DNA of 64,000 nucleotides. Source: Lytechinus pictus. Lineage: Eukaryota. Positions 1-13,235 of the stretch are shown here, piece by piece; within the stretch, counting starts at the first letter, position 1, and the number at the start of each line of letters is the position of its first letter. A program made the position numbers and the translations under genes. Below the pieces are notes generated by a model, which had not been told where the DNA came from, did no database searches, and worked only from the letters and a program-made list of their open reading frames with translations. The stretch covers positions 24,616,001 to 24,680,000 of the forward strand of contig NC_087245.1 in NCBI RefSeq assembly GCF_037042905.1, read 5' to 3'.

Positions 1-103
1 TTCAGTATTTTACATCCGATTTTGATCAAATTTTCAGCATTATTCTTGTTAGATTTTTCTCTATTGATTTTAATCAACATTTTTTATGGAGTGGACTTGA
101 CCT
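1..103. mobile_element. Right end of a Kolobok-like MITE, truncated by the window edge
   Basis: Ends GTGGACTTGACCT followed by TTAA (104-107). Same terminus as the element at 9592-11723. Confidence 0.65.
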
Positions 104-282
104 TTAAAGATGAGTATTTAATCTCTTCTATAATCAGCTAGGCATAGTTACGCAATTTGGACATTTTTTTTCAAGCCTTTATAATAGTTTTATGAATCAT
201 TCTGCCGTGAACAGCTATATTTAGTCCACATATTCATTGATGTGCCTTCTAGAATTCTATTTAAAATCAAATCATACATTAT

Positions 283-1740
283 CAGGGGCGGATCCAGCTT
301 TCGCCATTAGCGAGGGGGGGGGGGACTATTTCCATCAATGTTTTTCACCATCCGGTCGTTAAAAGCCGATTTTGTTGTCGTTTTTGAGGGAGTAGTTCTT
401 ACTAAATGAGTTATTTAACATTTGGCTATATTCCTATATACAAACAAGTTAAGGAAGATCTATTTCAGACAGCCAAATAAAATAATGCAAGCGCGAAGCG
501 CGAGCTAAATTTTGGGGAATTTTATGTAGACCTATTTAACACTTGAAATTGAACATTAATCTGAACAGTTTTATAAGCATGAGTAGGATGGGTATCTAAC
601 CAAACAATTGATGAGACCATTTTGAAAATTCTTAATTTTCTTACCATACACTTGGACATTCTAAGCACTTTTGGTGATCATGAACACGCATTTTGATGGG
701 AGCACTTTAAGCTCAAAATAATTTTTTTTGATATTCTCGACCTAAAATGTGGACCTTCTAAGCACTATATTGTAACCATGCACAGGATGGGGATCTATGA
801 ACAATTGTTGCGAGCGAGAAGCACGAGCTGAAAATGTTTGATATTTTTGACCTATTCTAGATGCGTATCCAACAAAACAACTTATTTGATATTGCAAATA
901 CAAAGTGGGAGCTGGAAATATTTGATATACTGACCTAAAAAAAAGGATTATCCAAAGACAGTTTGTTGGAATTCAAGGATAGGTCTGCATACGTATCTCG
1001 GCTTATCATAAATAATGCCAGCGTTTTTTGTTTTTTTTTTTTACACCCAACATTTTAATCTTTGTAATCATGCGGATGTAGGCCTATATCTCGCTGAATT
1101 ACAATAATATATAATATGATGAAAACTCGAATTCCGGCAGAGCAGAGGAATTTGTGCATATTGACTTAAAACAAACGGGATATATATTAAGCCCCGTGTT
1201 CTTGAGATGATTATCCTTATACCTCCTCCAGGCAGCCGGCAATGATTATAATGACCTGACAGTTTGTTTATTTTCCAATATTTTCCCCTTCCTTTACTTC
1301 ATCAATTCACTTTTATCGATATCCCTCGACCCTTTTTTCTTTTTTTTTTATATCCTTCTCACTAGCGTACCTAAGGGGGGGGGGGACAGGGGGCAGACTG
1401 CCCCCCTGACGAATCACAATTTATGCAGGGGACGTACCCCTGCCCCCCTGACGAGTCACAACTGATCCAGGGGACGTCCCCCCCCCCCCGGTTGCTTGTC
1501 AATTTTTTTCCAGGTACGATATCCTTTATTTGTGGTTGAAGACCTTTTTTTTTTTTTTTCAAATTTTTTCGCTGACGAAATATCCTCCAAGATATATTTG
1601 CCCCCCATTTGGAAAATCTTGGGTACGCCGCTGATCCTTCTCCTTCCCTTTTTTTCTTTCTGTTTTTTTTTTTTTTGCACCACCAGTAAGGCGGGGGGGG
1701 GGTACTGCAGCCCCTTCAGCCCCACGTGGATCTGCCTATG
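283..1740. mobile_element. Non-autonomous TIR element of the CAGGGGCGGATCCAG family
   Basis: Starts CAGGGGCGGATCCAG and ends TGGATCTGCCTATG. Flanks ATTAT/ATTAC are a near 5-bp TSD. Internal GCGAGCGCGAAGCGCGAGC-type motifs. The left end matches the right end of 40610-41664 in reverse complement. Confidence 0.65.
1360..1633. mobile_element. hAT-like MITE nested in the 283-1740 element
   Basis: TIR CACTAGCGTACC / GGTACGCCGCTG with a perfect 8-bp TSD ATCCTTCT (1352-1359 and 1634-1641). Confidence 0.8.
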
Positions 1741-2264
1741 ATTACCCCCCCCCCTGGTATCTGTAAATTTTGACATGTTTTACTCTATATCTCGCTTTTT
1801 TTCCTTTCTTTTTCGACATTTCGGCGACACGTTGGTCGCGCCAAATTCAATTTTTTTTTTATCATGTAGGGCTTATAGCCTTAAGCTTGTCGCCTTTTCG
1901 AAGCACTGACAGATGACGTCTGGTTCTTCTGACATAATTTATAACTACAGCAATGGTCCTCTCCTTCAACCCCTGCCTTTCGGATATATGGTACGTTTAT
2001 CGAAATTTCATGTAACTGTGCTGTAGTTTCATAATCATGTGTACATTGCTTTCGCTGCTTCGCATGCCCACTGACACTGTAAATTGTACTTTTGTAGCAC
2101 GCCAATAAATGGCATGGCAATGCATTCAGTCCCACACACACTGATTTCTGTTGTCCCTAACCTAAGTCCACCCATGCCCATGGGTGCATCGCTGCCGCCG
2201 TGCATGGTAAATTCAAGGCACGACGCATGCAACTCTCTCTAGACTATGAGCTGATCCTTCCACA

Positions 2265-2412
2265 GAACTTAATACACATAAACATATGGCCATTGAGTCC
2301 CCTGTACAGATCGCGCTAGAACTTCGGTCTCTGTATTTGGTGAGCATGGTGAGTGAAGCCAACGGAGTTCAGCTGAACAACCAACATAACATTAACAGAG
2401 ACCGAAGCTTTT
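2265..2412. repeat. Direct repeat of 6284-6456 with an internal inverted repeat
   Basis: Both copies share GAACTTAATA...CATAAACATATGGCCATT and AACTTCGGTCTCTGT...GGAGTTCAGC...ACAGAGACCGAAG. Confidence 0.8.
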
Positions 2413-5159
2413 GGTATAATCAAAGACATGACAAGGGAAAGACTAGGGCCTAGGCACCTAAACTATTTTACACGCAAATCGACACAAAGCATTACGCGAA
2501 GTCCGTGAAGTGTCCAATCTTTTCATCATATAGACTTTGGTAGACCGTATTATTGACGTTCGTTAAACTAAACTAAGCTTGTAGGCCTAGGCCTACTGCT
2601 GGTTTCGTTCACTCCTAGTACCAATGAGGTCCAAACATTAACATGTATGGACCTCATAGGCGACATTACCCAAATTATGGGTTGGACAATGCTGTTCTGA
2701 TTTCCAACCCAAGACTTTGGTAAATGTACACCTTAATACAAGTTAGAGTTATCCGATATACCTTTCATTCGGACGGCAAACCTTTATTTAGTTGTAAAAA
2801 TAGTTGAAATTAAAATCGATTGTTGTTAAACTTACATTTCAGGCCCTTTTTGTTGATTTTCTGTGAGCGTTCCACACAGCTGCGACGAGTGATCAACTCC
2901 GAAGTGATACGCGTACTGGTCAGCTGATCGGTTGGTTATCTTTTTGTCAGACGTTCATAATTTATGTTAAGCGTATCAATCTTCAGTATCTTGATTTCAA
3001 AGCATCAGTATTGCAGAGAAAAGTCATTATTGATTGGAATCAGTGGCGGGGGGGGGGAGGGGGGGGGTTGGGGTGAGCATTTCTGCCCGTTCCCCCTTTT
3101 GAGATTTATAGTAAACATTTTGGAATTAAATTAATACTAGTTATGTGCCCCCCCCCCCCTCATGAGAATCACGTACAGCATTATTTGTAATGGGGATATT
3201 TCGTTCATATTCTTTTCTCTTTTTTTTATGGGGGTGGGGGTTGGGGGCTTGCCAAATATAATCAATGGTGGAAAAAATGACCTTCTTTTTAGTGACAACT
3301 TTATAAAAAAATTGTCAAATTTTACGCGAGACAAAATGACCTTCGATCATTGCTATAGTTAAAACCTTTTTTTTTTGGGGGGGGGGGGTTGCCAAATATC
3401 ATGTGGACAAAATGACTTTCATTTTGAGTGACCATTTTTTTTTTACTTGTCAAACTTTACGCGAGACAATATAATGACCGTTTTTTTTTTTTTTAGTAAG
3501 AACCTTTTTTGGGAGTTGTCAAATTTTACTTGAGAAAATTCACCCCGCCCCCCCCCCCCCCTACTTAATTTGGAAAATCTTGGATGCGCCTCTATATAGT
3601 TTGAATCATAATGAAGATTAAGATCATGCGTATATATAGCTTACATCCACGGCAGAGGCGTAAACCGCCGGGGGCATGCAGGCTGGCCCTTGATCCCCGG
3701 TCCAGTGGATTTCACCACAAAAAAAAACGGGATAAGAGAAAAGGAATGAAGGAAGGAAAAGAAAGAAAGAAAGAAAGAAACTAAAGACAGAAAGAGAAAG
3801 GGAAGAGAAATAAAAGGCCATAAAAAAGCAAAAGGAAAGAAAAATGCATGCGAGAATAATTCCGAATGTTATGTCAAAATCTATTGCAAAATTGATATTT
3901 GTAATAAAAGTGACAAAGGTTTTGCTCGCTCGCCTCTTCATCTGGTAGGCGCGTAGCTAGGGGCGGTGCCCCCCGAAAAGGTCCCTCCCCAAAAAAAAAA
4001 ATAAGGAGGGAATAGAGAAAATAAAAAGCGAAATGAGAAAAGGGGGATGTATATAACTTAGTTTATAATTGTTTTTCCTTTTTTTTTGGGGGAAGGGGTC
4101 AAAACATTAATGTTATGTTTTTCTATAAATAGGTCTAATTGCTAAATATCCAGAGTTATCGAGACCCACCTGCTGATATTGCACTGGGGGTACACAATGG
4201 AAGGGTTAGGCCTAGGGGCCCCCGAAAGTTCTACAACCAAGATAAAAAAGAAATGAAGGGAATTAATGAAAAGAAAAGGAAAAGTGTAAGTTAAGATATC
4301 TATCTCAAATTTAGATTTGCACGAAAAGTTTTTTTCTCGCTTGCTTCACTCGCTTGGAACATATAAAGCAACTTTATTCCCACGCGCCATGTATGCCTAC
4401 ATTGGCCCTCTTTCTTTCTTTTATTTTATTTTTTTTTTACTCATCACGCTACCGTACTGCCACACACGGGTTTGCCCTAATGATCGTGGACAATCATAAA
4501 AAATATCATTTTCATACCATGTGACTGGGAAATTTTTGGCTCCACCCCCCCCCCTCTCGATCCCTGTATCGATTTTGACTTGATAGGGGCCTATACCTGA
4601 TGGAATTAGCTTCATTCAATATAAAATCATAACGGATAGAACGCCTTGAATACAGGCCAAACAGCCTAACGACATTGCCGTGTCACGTGACAACCAGTAT
4701 TAAACGAGAATGTGCACAACCCTATGGCGACAAAATTTGCCGCAAAAGTTGAGCAAGTTCTGGACAAAAAGGCTTCAATACCCCAAGAAAAGACCAGGCG
4801 AGTACTATTTATACATTTTTTCAATTTAGTAATATCTAGAGTCTAATTTAAGAACAGATTTCGTCATGGAGCTCCATGGTAAGATCTAGTAATTTAAGTC
4901 CAACATTTAATTCCCGTGTACTCACTTTTTTAACACAGGAATTAATAGCCTTGGTGCTTAGAGTGGTTTCGTTCCAGGTACGTAGATTTTTTCAATTTTT
5001 TTTTATTAGTCATCGTTTTAAATTATTTATTTGCAAAAAAGTGTTATCATCGCCAATAATAATCTTGAATTATGTTTATGAAGGTATTCCATTTATAACT
5101 GCGCATTCAAAGAATTTAGACACAGTTATAAAATTACAGAGGAGCTGAATCAAGGTTGT

Positions 5160-6805
5160 GAAATTTATTAGCGCCACCAACGGGCTTCCTTGTATTTCCG
5201 TAAAAAGACATGCGAAGTCACTTTCCAGGCCGAGGTAAGCGAATTTGCTCTTTTTTGTACGATTTTGATATTGAATTTCAATATAAAAATTATTATTGTA
5301 TTGCTACTTACCGGAAAGAGCCCCGATGAGTAGCGGGATGGAGTTTTGGCAAATATTACTTCTGCAATGAAGCGATGTTTGCAGACTACTTAGAAATCCA
5401 GGGTCAAACGCGGTACGGTGTACGAGGTTAGTATACATACTAACCTCGTACTAGTGTGAGTGACCAAAGTCAGAACACAGATGCTGATCCGAATGCACTC
5501 GAGGGTTCATTACTTCATTACATGCCGCTGCGCACAGAAAAATCAAGCCATATAAGTCGTGTGTTATGGACACCAGAAGTGGGATCGCAGCACGCGCGAC
5601 CCACTAGTTAGAAATCCACTGACAAACGCGGTTCATGGTGCGAGGTTAGTATATACTAACCTCACAATACGTGTGAGTGATCTGAATGGGTATACGTAAC
5701 AGTTAGACAGCTGGCAGCCGTCTGTTTCGAGGAGTTTTTATTTTTGTTTATTCCTCCTCGTACACAGATGGCTCGGGATCATGCAGCCGCCATTATTAGG
5801 GGATTAACAATGCAAAATCACTCCAACTGGGCTCATAGATTTTTGTCTTAGTCATATTAGAACGAGACCAAAGGAGACCAGGAGTCATCCGTGCATAACG
5901 AGGCAGACACGGGACTGGGTAGATTGGGGTCGCAATAGCACTCTAAATAAAATGTGGAAACAGAAATTATGCACTTACCACGATATGGATGAAGGTCTAT
6001 CGTGATCGTGACACACAAATCCTGACAAAAATCCCAAAAAATGAAAAGTTCTGTCGCGATACCTCTCCTTCTTTCACAATTTAAAACAAAATGGCCGATC
6101 GAGACCGAGGCTATATAGCGCTAGGTCATATAGACTTGGCCAAATTCGCACATGCGCCCTACAGCCTCGGTACCGGTCTCGCGGGCCTGAAATGCACCAA
6201 AACGGGAAAAATTAACTGAAAAGGGAAAAAAAAACAGTGACTTACTTCGGCTGTCGCGCAGCTCCTACTTCCCTGGTTTATCCGAACTTAATACATAAAC
6301 ATATGGCCATTTATTGGCATTGAGTCCCTGTACTACACTGAGGCTGTACAGATCAAGACTCAAGTTAGAAGTCAGAACTTCGGTCTCTGTAATTGGTGAG
6401 TGGAGCCAACGGAGTTCAGCAGAACAACCAATATAACACAACAGAGACCGAAGTTTTTCGGTCTAGCATATATGTAGCAGCCCAGGAGGCTCCTGGAGAT
6501 CACTCGCACTAGTACGAGGTTAGTATGCTCGTGAGTCGTACACCGAACTGTGTTTGGCCCTGGATTTCTATGTTGTCAGCAAACATTGCTTCATTAAAGA
6601 AGTAATATTTGCCCAAACTCCTCGCTACTCACCGTGGGCTCTTTCCTGTGAGTAGCCATAGATCTACAGTTGTAATTTTTTTTTAAATTCATAAATCAAA
6701 ATCATACAAATAAGAGCAAATTTGCTTACCTCGGCCTGGAAAATGACTTTGCATGTCTCTTCTACGGAAATAAAAGGAAGACCAATGGTGGCACTAATAA
6801 ATTTC
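5160..6805. repeat. Diverged inverted repeat of about 300 bp (5160-5463 vs 6500-6805)
   Basis: TTTCCAGGCCGAGGTAAGCGAATTTGCTC (about 5222) is mirrored by GAGCAAATTTGCTTACCTCGGCCTGGAAA (about 6714). CATACTAACCTCGTACTAGTG is mirrored by CACTAGTACGAGGTTAGTATG. Confidence 0.85.
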
Positions 6806-9591
6806 AGCTCATAGAGAGAGTTGCATGCGTCGTGCCTTGAATTTCCTGTGTTCGGCGGCATGTAATGAACCCTTGGGTTCCTGGAGATTAAAGTCATACC
6901 ACTGACGTGCTTAATTTCCATGGAGCCAGCCATTGCACTACACGCACCGTCTATTTTAAACTTTGCCACAATTATAACTTTTCTTTACGGTTTTGAGCCC
7001 AAACTTATGTAAATGGGCTACCGCCCGCACGCACTAATGGTCCATGTATTTATAATAATAGTAATGATATAAGGGTATTTATATTGCGCACATATCCACC
7101 TTGTTAGGTGCTCAAGGCGCTCCTATATTACCCGGCTAAGCTAGGCATTCATACTATCTAGGCTCTAGCGCACACAGCTTTTTAAGAAATTCAATTAAGG
7201 AATTTATTCACATAAAGTGTAAAAATAATGAAAAATAATTAAGAGCAGGAGCGTTTACTCACAGTCTGTTATTGTCGCCATCTTGTCTTCTTTATTACAG
7301 ATGTAGCCTAGCTACCAGGCGCGTATAGAGGGCGGCAAAATCATGAGCGGTGCTAGATTACAAAAAATGTGTGCATTTGCCGAGAAATATCATGAATCTC
7401 ACCTCGATGCTAAAAATATATCCGCACGCTAGACCAGTTGAAGCAGGATCTCTCTTTGAACAAATTTTTTTTAAAGAAATCAGGAATTTGTATTCAAGAA
7501 TTTCCAAGCCATTCTTGTGTTTCTGTATAAATATATTTTAGTGGGATTTTCCAGCAACGAGAGATTAGGGTTATGAAAAAAAAAATCATCATGCGTTATA
7601 ATCAGTTTCTCCTTTTCTATTCCTTCCCTCATTTGCAGCTGTTAAAATGGACATCAGAAGTGAATTTTTGGCATCTCTATGAAAATGATGCCAAGTTTGT
7701 GGCAAGAGAAGAAAGAAAGAGCCAAGACCTGACATCATGGAGGAGTTCCGTTCCATTCTAGCCTGGGAAAATGGCCGGAGAATCAAGAGCCATTTTGTTT
7801 TACCATCACCAAGACTTATGTATGTAGAGTCATTCATGAGTTCCAGTCCTCCCTACTCAAGGACCTTGTTGGACTATCTTCAGTGCCACACCCCCTCAAA
7901 GCCACACCCCAGAGCCTCGCCCCTGTTTCCACTCTACTGCTTGGCCTTCAGGTTCACAAACCCCTACCTGTAGGTGCACCAATCTTTGCCTCTGCATCTG
8001 AGTGACAAGGAAGCCGTCAGACGCACAATAAGTGGATGGCAAAATAAAGTCCAAGCTCTCGTTCAACATTAGACTCAAGATGTCTCCTGGGGTTGCGGCA
8101 GAAAATAAATGACTGATGCAAAGCCTTCTTTCATCAAGCCAAAATTGGAGATGGCTCCTGATTCCAATAAATTGGGAGCACAGGTAAGTTGACTCTTTCT
8201 CACCGCGAGATGAATTTGAACAAGTGTCTGACAAAATAAATAAAGAATGGAATTTATCCTTTGAGAAAATATCCTTCGTGCAATAAACTTGGCTCATGCA
8301 TTTAAAAAAGTATTTTGTGATCTTGTTAGCATTTCATGAAACAAATCTCAGTCTTTTTATATACTTAATAAACAAGTCTTTTTGCTGATTATCATTAAAA
8401 CCAACTGCAAAACCTTGCAACTACATCAAATTGGCTGAAAGTAGGTACCATAGCTGTATCATAATGAAGTTTTAAAAGTATCTCACTACTGTTTTATTTG
8501 TCAAAATTATTTTAGAGCTCAATGAAAGATGAATTTTGATACCCCATTTATCCAATTTGGAGTTCTACTTTTGCAAATATAGCAGAATATGTGATTGACG
8601 AAATGGTCAAATTTTGCATAAGTACGCTAAAATCTTGATGTCGGCATAGGAAATGTTTCTAACATGTCGACATGCACGCACCCATATTGATACAACAACT
8701 TGAAATAAATATAAAAGGGGTCTAACCTATGTGTAAGTCACAAGTAAAAGGCTTTCCTTTTATGTTTTATTCATCTTCATTTATTTCTTTCTCTTTTTAA
8801 GAATTAGTTTTTGCTTTAATTTATGCAGGCCTACGCTACATTTTTTGCTTGAAATTCCATACCTGCATCTGCGGAAGCTCCGTTTACCTGCAGTTGAATG
8901 GACTATTAAGTTACATGTACATGTAATCAACATCAACCAGATTTAAACAAGGTGAGCATATTATATGTACATGTATGATGGAAAAGGAAATTAAAAACAA
9001 ATATATATATTTCAAGTGCATTTTCTGATTGACAAAGAAATCATTGCAGCTATACATTCATTATTTCATTATATTGTCTGCCTAAGAACTTGTTAATATA
9101 TTTATAAAGCTCTATTTCATTCTTTATTCCTTCTTCATATTGAGGAACAATGGGGATGCAAATACATAATTACTTTCACTTTTACTATTGATTCATTGAT
9201 TCATTTTACTCTCATTTAGAGCTATGCTCCAGATTTTAACCTGCTCTCTGATACACCACTGCCCTTGTCTACTCTAGCAGCTCGGAATAGATCAGCTCAC
9301 CTGTGACCTAATAGAAACCGGTAATCAAGAATTCAAGCTTGATTCAACTTTCAACTGATCAGATCAAGGTGAGCAAAAAAATGAGATAGAAATACTTCTA
9401 TCTGTTCTCCAAGTTCATTATATTCTAATTGGCAAAGTAATTGTTGCAACCATAACTTTATATTCCACTCAGAGTCAGTCTAGTATAGTCAAAGAACTTT
9501 TTGTATTGATACTTAATATTCATGCTTTATTCTGTCTTCAATCAAGGCAGAATGGAAATGTAATAAACAATTAATTTGGGCCATTACTGAA

Positions 9592-11723
9592 AGGTCAAGT
9601 CCACCCCAGAAAAATGTTGGGTTGAATCAACAGAGGAAAATCAAACAAGTTTAATGCTTCAAATTTCATCAAAATCAGATTTAAAATAAAAAAGTTATGA
9701 CATTTTAAAGCTTTGCTTATTTTTCACAAAACAGTTATAAGTAGAGCTGGGCTATAAATGGGTGATATTGTAAAACCAAGTTTTACATATCTCATTTGAA
9801 GCAGATTGTTGTCCTGATCAATATGACACCATTTTAAAGAAAATTGGCCTAAAAGTGCTGAGTCATCATTTCTTGAGAATGGAAAAGGTCCTTATTTTCT
9901 TATTTGAAGGCCTGTTGAGCTTATTCTGGTGTTTACCGGTAAATGTTTACTAGCCTGATAAATCTATTGGCATTGTCAAAAATGCATAAAATATTCTAAA
10001 AAGTATCAATTTTTTAACGGTTGAATTGAAACCGCTGCGTTTTATGCCGGGCCACTTCCTGATTTTGTTTTAGACTTGTGCATCTTTTGACACCAAATTT
10101 ATGAAATTTGGTTTTACCATTACAGAATTATGTGACTTTTGGTGACCTTGCGTAAGCCTAAAAATTGAGGATTTCTCAGTTATATGTATAAAGCGTTTCC
10201 ATTCATTCTTCCATAATATTTTTTAAAATTTATTTCTTTATGTTCTTATCAACTTTTCTTACTGAATACTGGTTAAAGTAAAATCCTGGAACAGTTGAAC
10301 TTGAAAAAAAGCACATAGGGCTTAAAACAAGTTAAACTTGAAAAAACAAAGAAATACATAAGAAATGCATTAAACAATAGAATTTATTAAAATTAGAATC
10401 ATATTGTTCTTTATTTTCCTTATTATATTTTCAATGTTTGTTTCCAAGCCTTTAACAAAGAAAAAAATATCTTTTGGACTTTTAATACTGATTATCAATT
10501 AAAATTTATATTTATTTTGGCCCTTTCGTTTGTACACAAAATTCTCAATTTTGGGTTCACATGAGGTCAAAAGAGGTCATGTGCTTCGCTACTGGTAAGG
10601 ACCAAATTTCATGCATTTGGTGTCAATAAGATGCACAAGTCTGTATAAAACAAAATTCAGGAAGCGGCCTGGCATATAACACAGTTGTTTCAATTCAACT
10701 GCAAAATTTGAAAAGGTATGGCCCCTAAGAATTCAAATGTGTTGTTGTTGTTGTTAACTTAGGTTTTAAGGCGCGTGTCATTCAGATATGAATATTTACG
10801 CCTGTGATTAATTTGTCGTTCTTATGGTTATAAAATTTGATGCATTATGGATCAGCGCTGCTTTAAGAAAATTTATAATGAGATCGTGAAAGGCGGCTCA
10901 TCACAAATCATTGATTGTTTAATGGTTAAATGGTTTTAATGGTTAAAATAAGAATGGCCTTGTTTCAATACTTTTTAGAATATTTCAAGCATTTTTTACA
11001 ATGCCAATAGATTTTTCAGGCTAGTAAACATAAATTGACACCAGAATCAGCTCCATACTGTAGGTCTTCAAATTAGAAAATGAGGACTTTTTTTCCATTA
11101 TCAAGAAACGATGACTCGGCACTTTTAGGCCACACCCCCTCAAAATCGTTTTCATGGCCCGCACTGTCCCATTTTTCAACCGATTTTCTTTAAAATGGTG
11201 TCATTTTGATCAGGACATGATTCTGAAATATCACCCATTTTTTACCCCTCTATAGCCCACCTCTATTATAAGCACAACCCAGTGACATGCATATGAGAGA
11301 GTCAATGATGTCCCTCACTCACTACTTACACGACTTATGTTTTGTTATTGTTTGAATTATACAATATTTCAATTTTTACAATAAGGATCAACTTGACTGA
11401 ATCATAAAATATAAAAACAGTGGTAATTACACATGTTCAGGGAGGAATATAGCTTTGTTTCACAAGACAATGAGGAGAAAATTAGAATATTTTATAAAAC
11501 AAAGTACAAAGAAATAGTGAGTAGGTGACATCAGTCCCCTCATTTGCATACAAACTATGATGGGGATATAACTATTTTGTGAAAAAAAGCAAAATTTGAA
11601 AATGTCGTAACATTCTTATTTTACTTTACATCCAATTTTGATGAAATTTTCAGTGTTTTGCTTGTTGGATTTTTCTCTTGTTATTCAAATTAAATCAACT
11701 TTTTGTTGGGGTGGACTTGTCCT
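9592..11723. mobile_element. Kolobok-like MITE interrupted by a fold-back element
   Basis: TIR AGGTCAAGTCCACCCC / GGGGTGGACTTGTCCT, flanked by TGAA and TTAA. Confidence 0.7.
9742..11265. mobile_element. Fold-back non-autonomous DNA transposon with long imperfect inverted arms
   Basis: Termini TAGAGCTGGGCTATA / TATAGCCCACCTCTA with a 7-bp TSD TTATAAG (9735-9741, 11266-11272). Arms about 9800-10010 mirror 10965-11215, and about 10020-10160 mirror 10550-10700. Confidence 0.8.
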
Positions 11724-11856
11724 TTAATGACTTATGAATTTGTTTCAGCCTGATGCCCAGAGATTTGAACCACTGTGAATCTTCTACCACTGGTACCAAT
11801 AACATCTTCCCATTGCCCCTGACGACTGGACTGCAGCAGCTCCGAACATCAGATCA

Positions 11857-12465
11857 GGGTCCCATACCATGAAGCTAGTCTATTGATCATAGGGCTGATT
11901 TTTATGATTAATCACACACCACAATCAATGCAATCAGTCATTGAAATCAGCCCCATAATCAATGCAATCAGTCATTGAAATCAGCCCCATAATCAATGCA
12001 ATCAGTCATTGAAATCAGCCCCATAATCAATGCAATCAGTTATTGAAATCAGCCCCATAATCAATGCAATCAGTCATTGAAATCAGCCCCATAATCAATG
12101 CAATCAGACATTGAAATCAGCCCCATAATCAATGCAATCAGACATTGAAATCAGCCCCATAATCAATGCAATCAGTTATTGAAATCAGCCCCATAATCAA
12201 TGCAATCAGTTATTGAAATCAGCCCCATAATCAATGCAATCAGTTATTGAAATCAGCCCCATAATCAATGCAATCAGACATTGAAATCAGCCCCATAATC
12301 AATGCAATCAGTCATTGAAATCAGCCCCATAATCAATGCAATCAGACATTGAAATCAGCCCCATAATCAATGCAATCAGTCATTGAAATCAGCCCCATAA
12401 TCAATGCAATCAGTTATTGAAATCAGCCCCATTATCAATCGGTAAAGCTTTGTGTTACGGGGCCA
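11857..12465. mobile_element. Harbinger-like MITE whose interior is about 15 copies of a 34-bp tandem unit
   Basis: Ends GGGTCCCATACCATGAAGC / GCTTTGTGTTACGGGGCC. Unit ATAATCAATGCAATCAGTCATTGAAATCAGCCCC spans about 11922-12431. Confidence 0.7.
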
Positions 12466-13235
12466 TGATCATCAGCTCAGCTCACCTGCAAAGCTTGGAT
12501 GCGTTGCTACCAGATCATCAGCTCACCTCACCTGCAAAGCTTGGATGCGTCGCTACCAGATCTTCAGCTCACCTGCCAAGCTTGGATGAGTAGTAACCAG
12601 ATCATCAGCTCAGCTCACCTGCAATGCTTGGATGCTTAGCAACCAGATCATCAGCTCAGCTCACCTGCAAAGCTTGGATGCTCAGCAACCAGATCATCAT
12701 TCAGCTCACCTGCAAAGCTTGGATGCGTCGCTACCAGATCATCAGCTCAGCTCACCTGCAAAGCTTGTATGCGTCGCTACCAGATCTTCAGCTCAGCTCA
12801 CCTGCAATGCTTGGATGCATAGCAACCAGATCATCAGCTCAGCTCACCTGCAAAGCTTGGATGCGTCGCTACCAGATCATCAGCTCAGCTCACCTGCAAA
12901 GCTTGGATGCATAGCAACCAGATCATCAGCTCAGCTCACCTGCAAAGCTTGGATGCGTCGCTACCAGATCATCAGCTCAGCTCACCTGCAAAGCTTGTAT
13001 GCGTCGCTACCAGATCATCAGCTCAGCTCACCTGCAAAGCTTGTATGCGTCGCTACCAGATCTTCAGCTCAGCTCACCTGCAATGCTTGGATGCGTCGCT
13101 ACCAGATCATCAGCTCAGCTCACCTGCAAAGCTTGTATGCGTCGCTACCAGATCATCAGCTCAGCTCACCTGCAAAGCTTGGATGCGTCGCTACCAGATC
13201 ATCAGCTCAGCTCACCTGCAAAGCTTGGATGCGTA
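12466..13235 (+). repeat. 46-bp minisatellite, about 16-17 copies
   Basis: Unit CAGATCATCAGCTCAGCTCACCTGCAAAGCTTGGATGCGTCGCTAC. Spacing is 46 (for example 12781 and 12827). Confidence 0.95.

Noticed and set aside
1881..2141. SVSGH...Y peptide resembling a tyrosine-recombinase C-terminus
   Set aside because: No HxxR or other upstream motif is present, and the match is too short.
11922..13235. CRISPR-like appearance of the regular repeats
   Set aside because: The units are contiguous with no unique spacers, the context is eukaryotic, and there are no cas genes.
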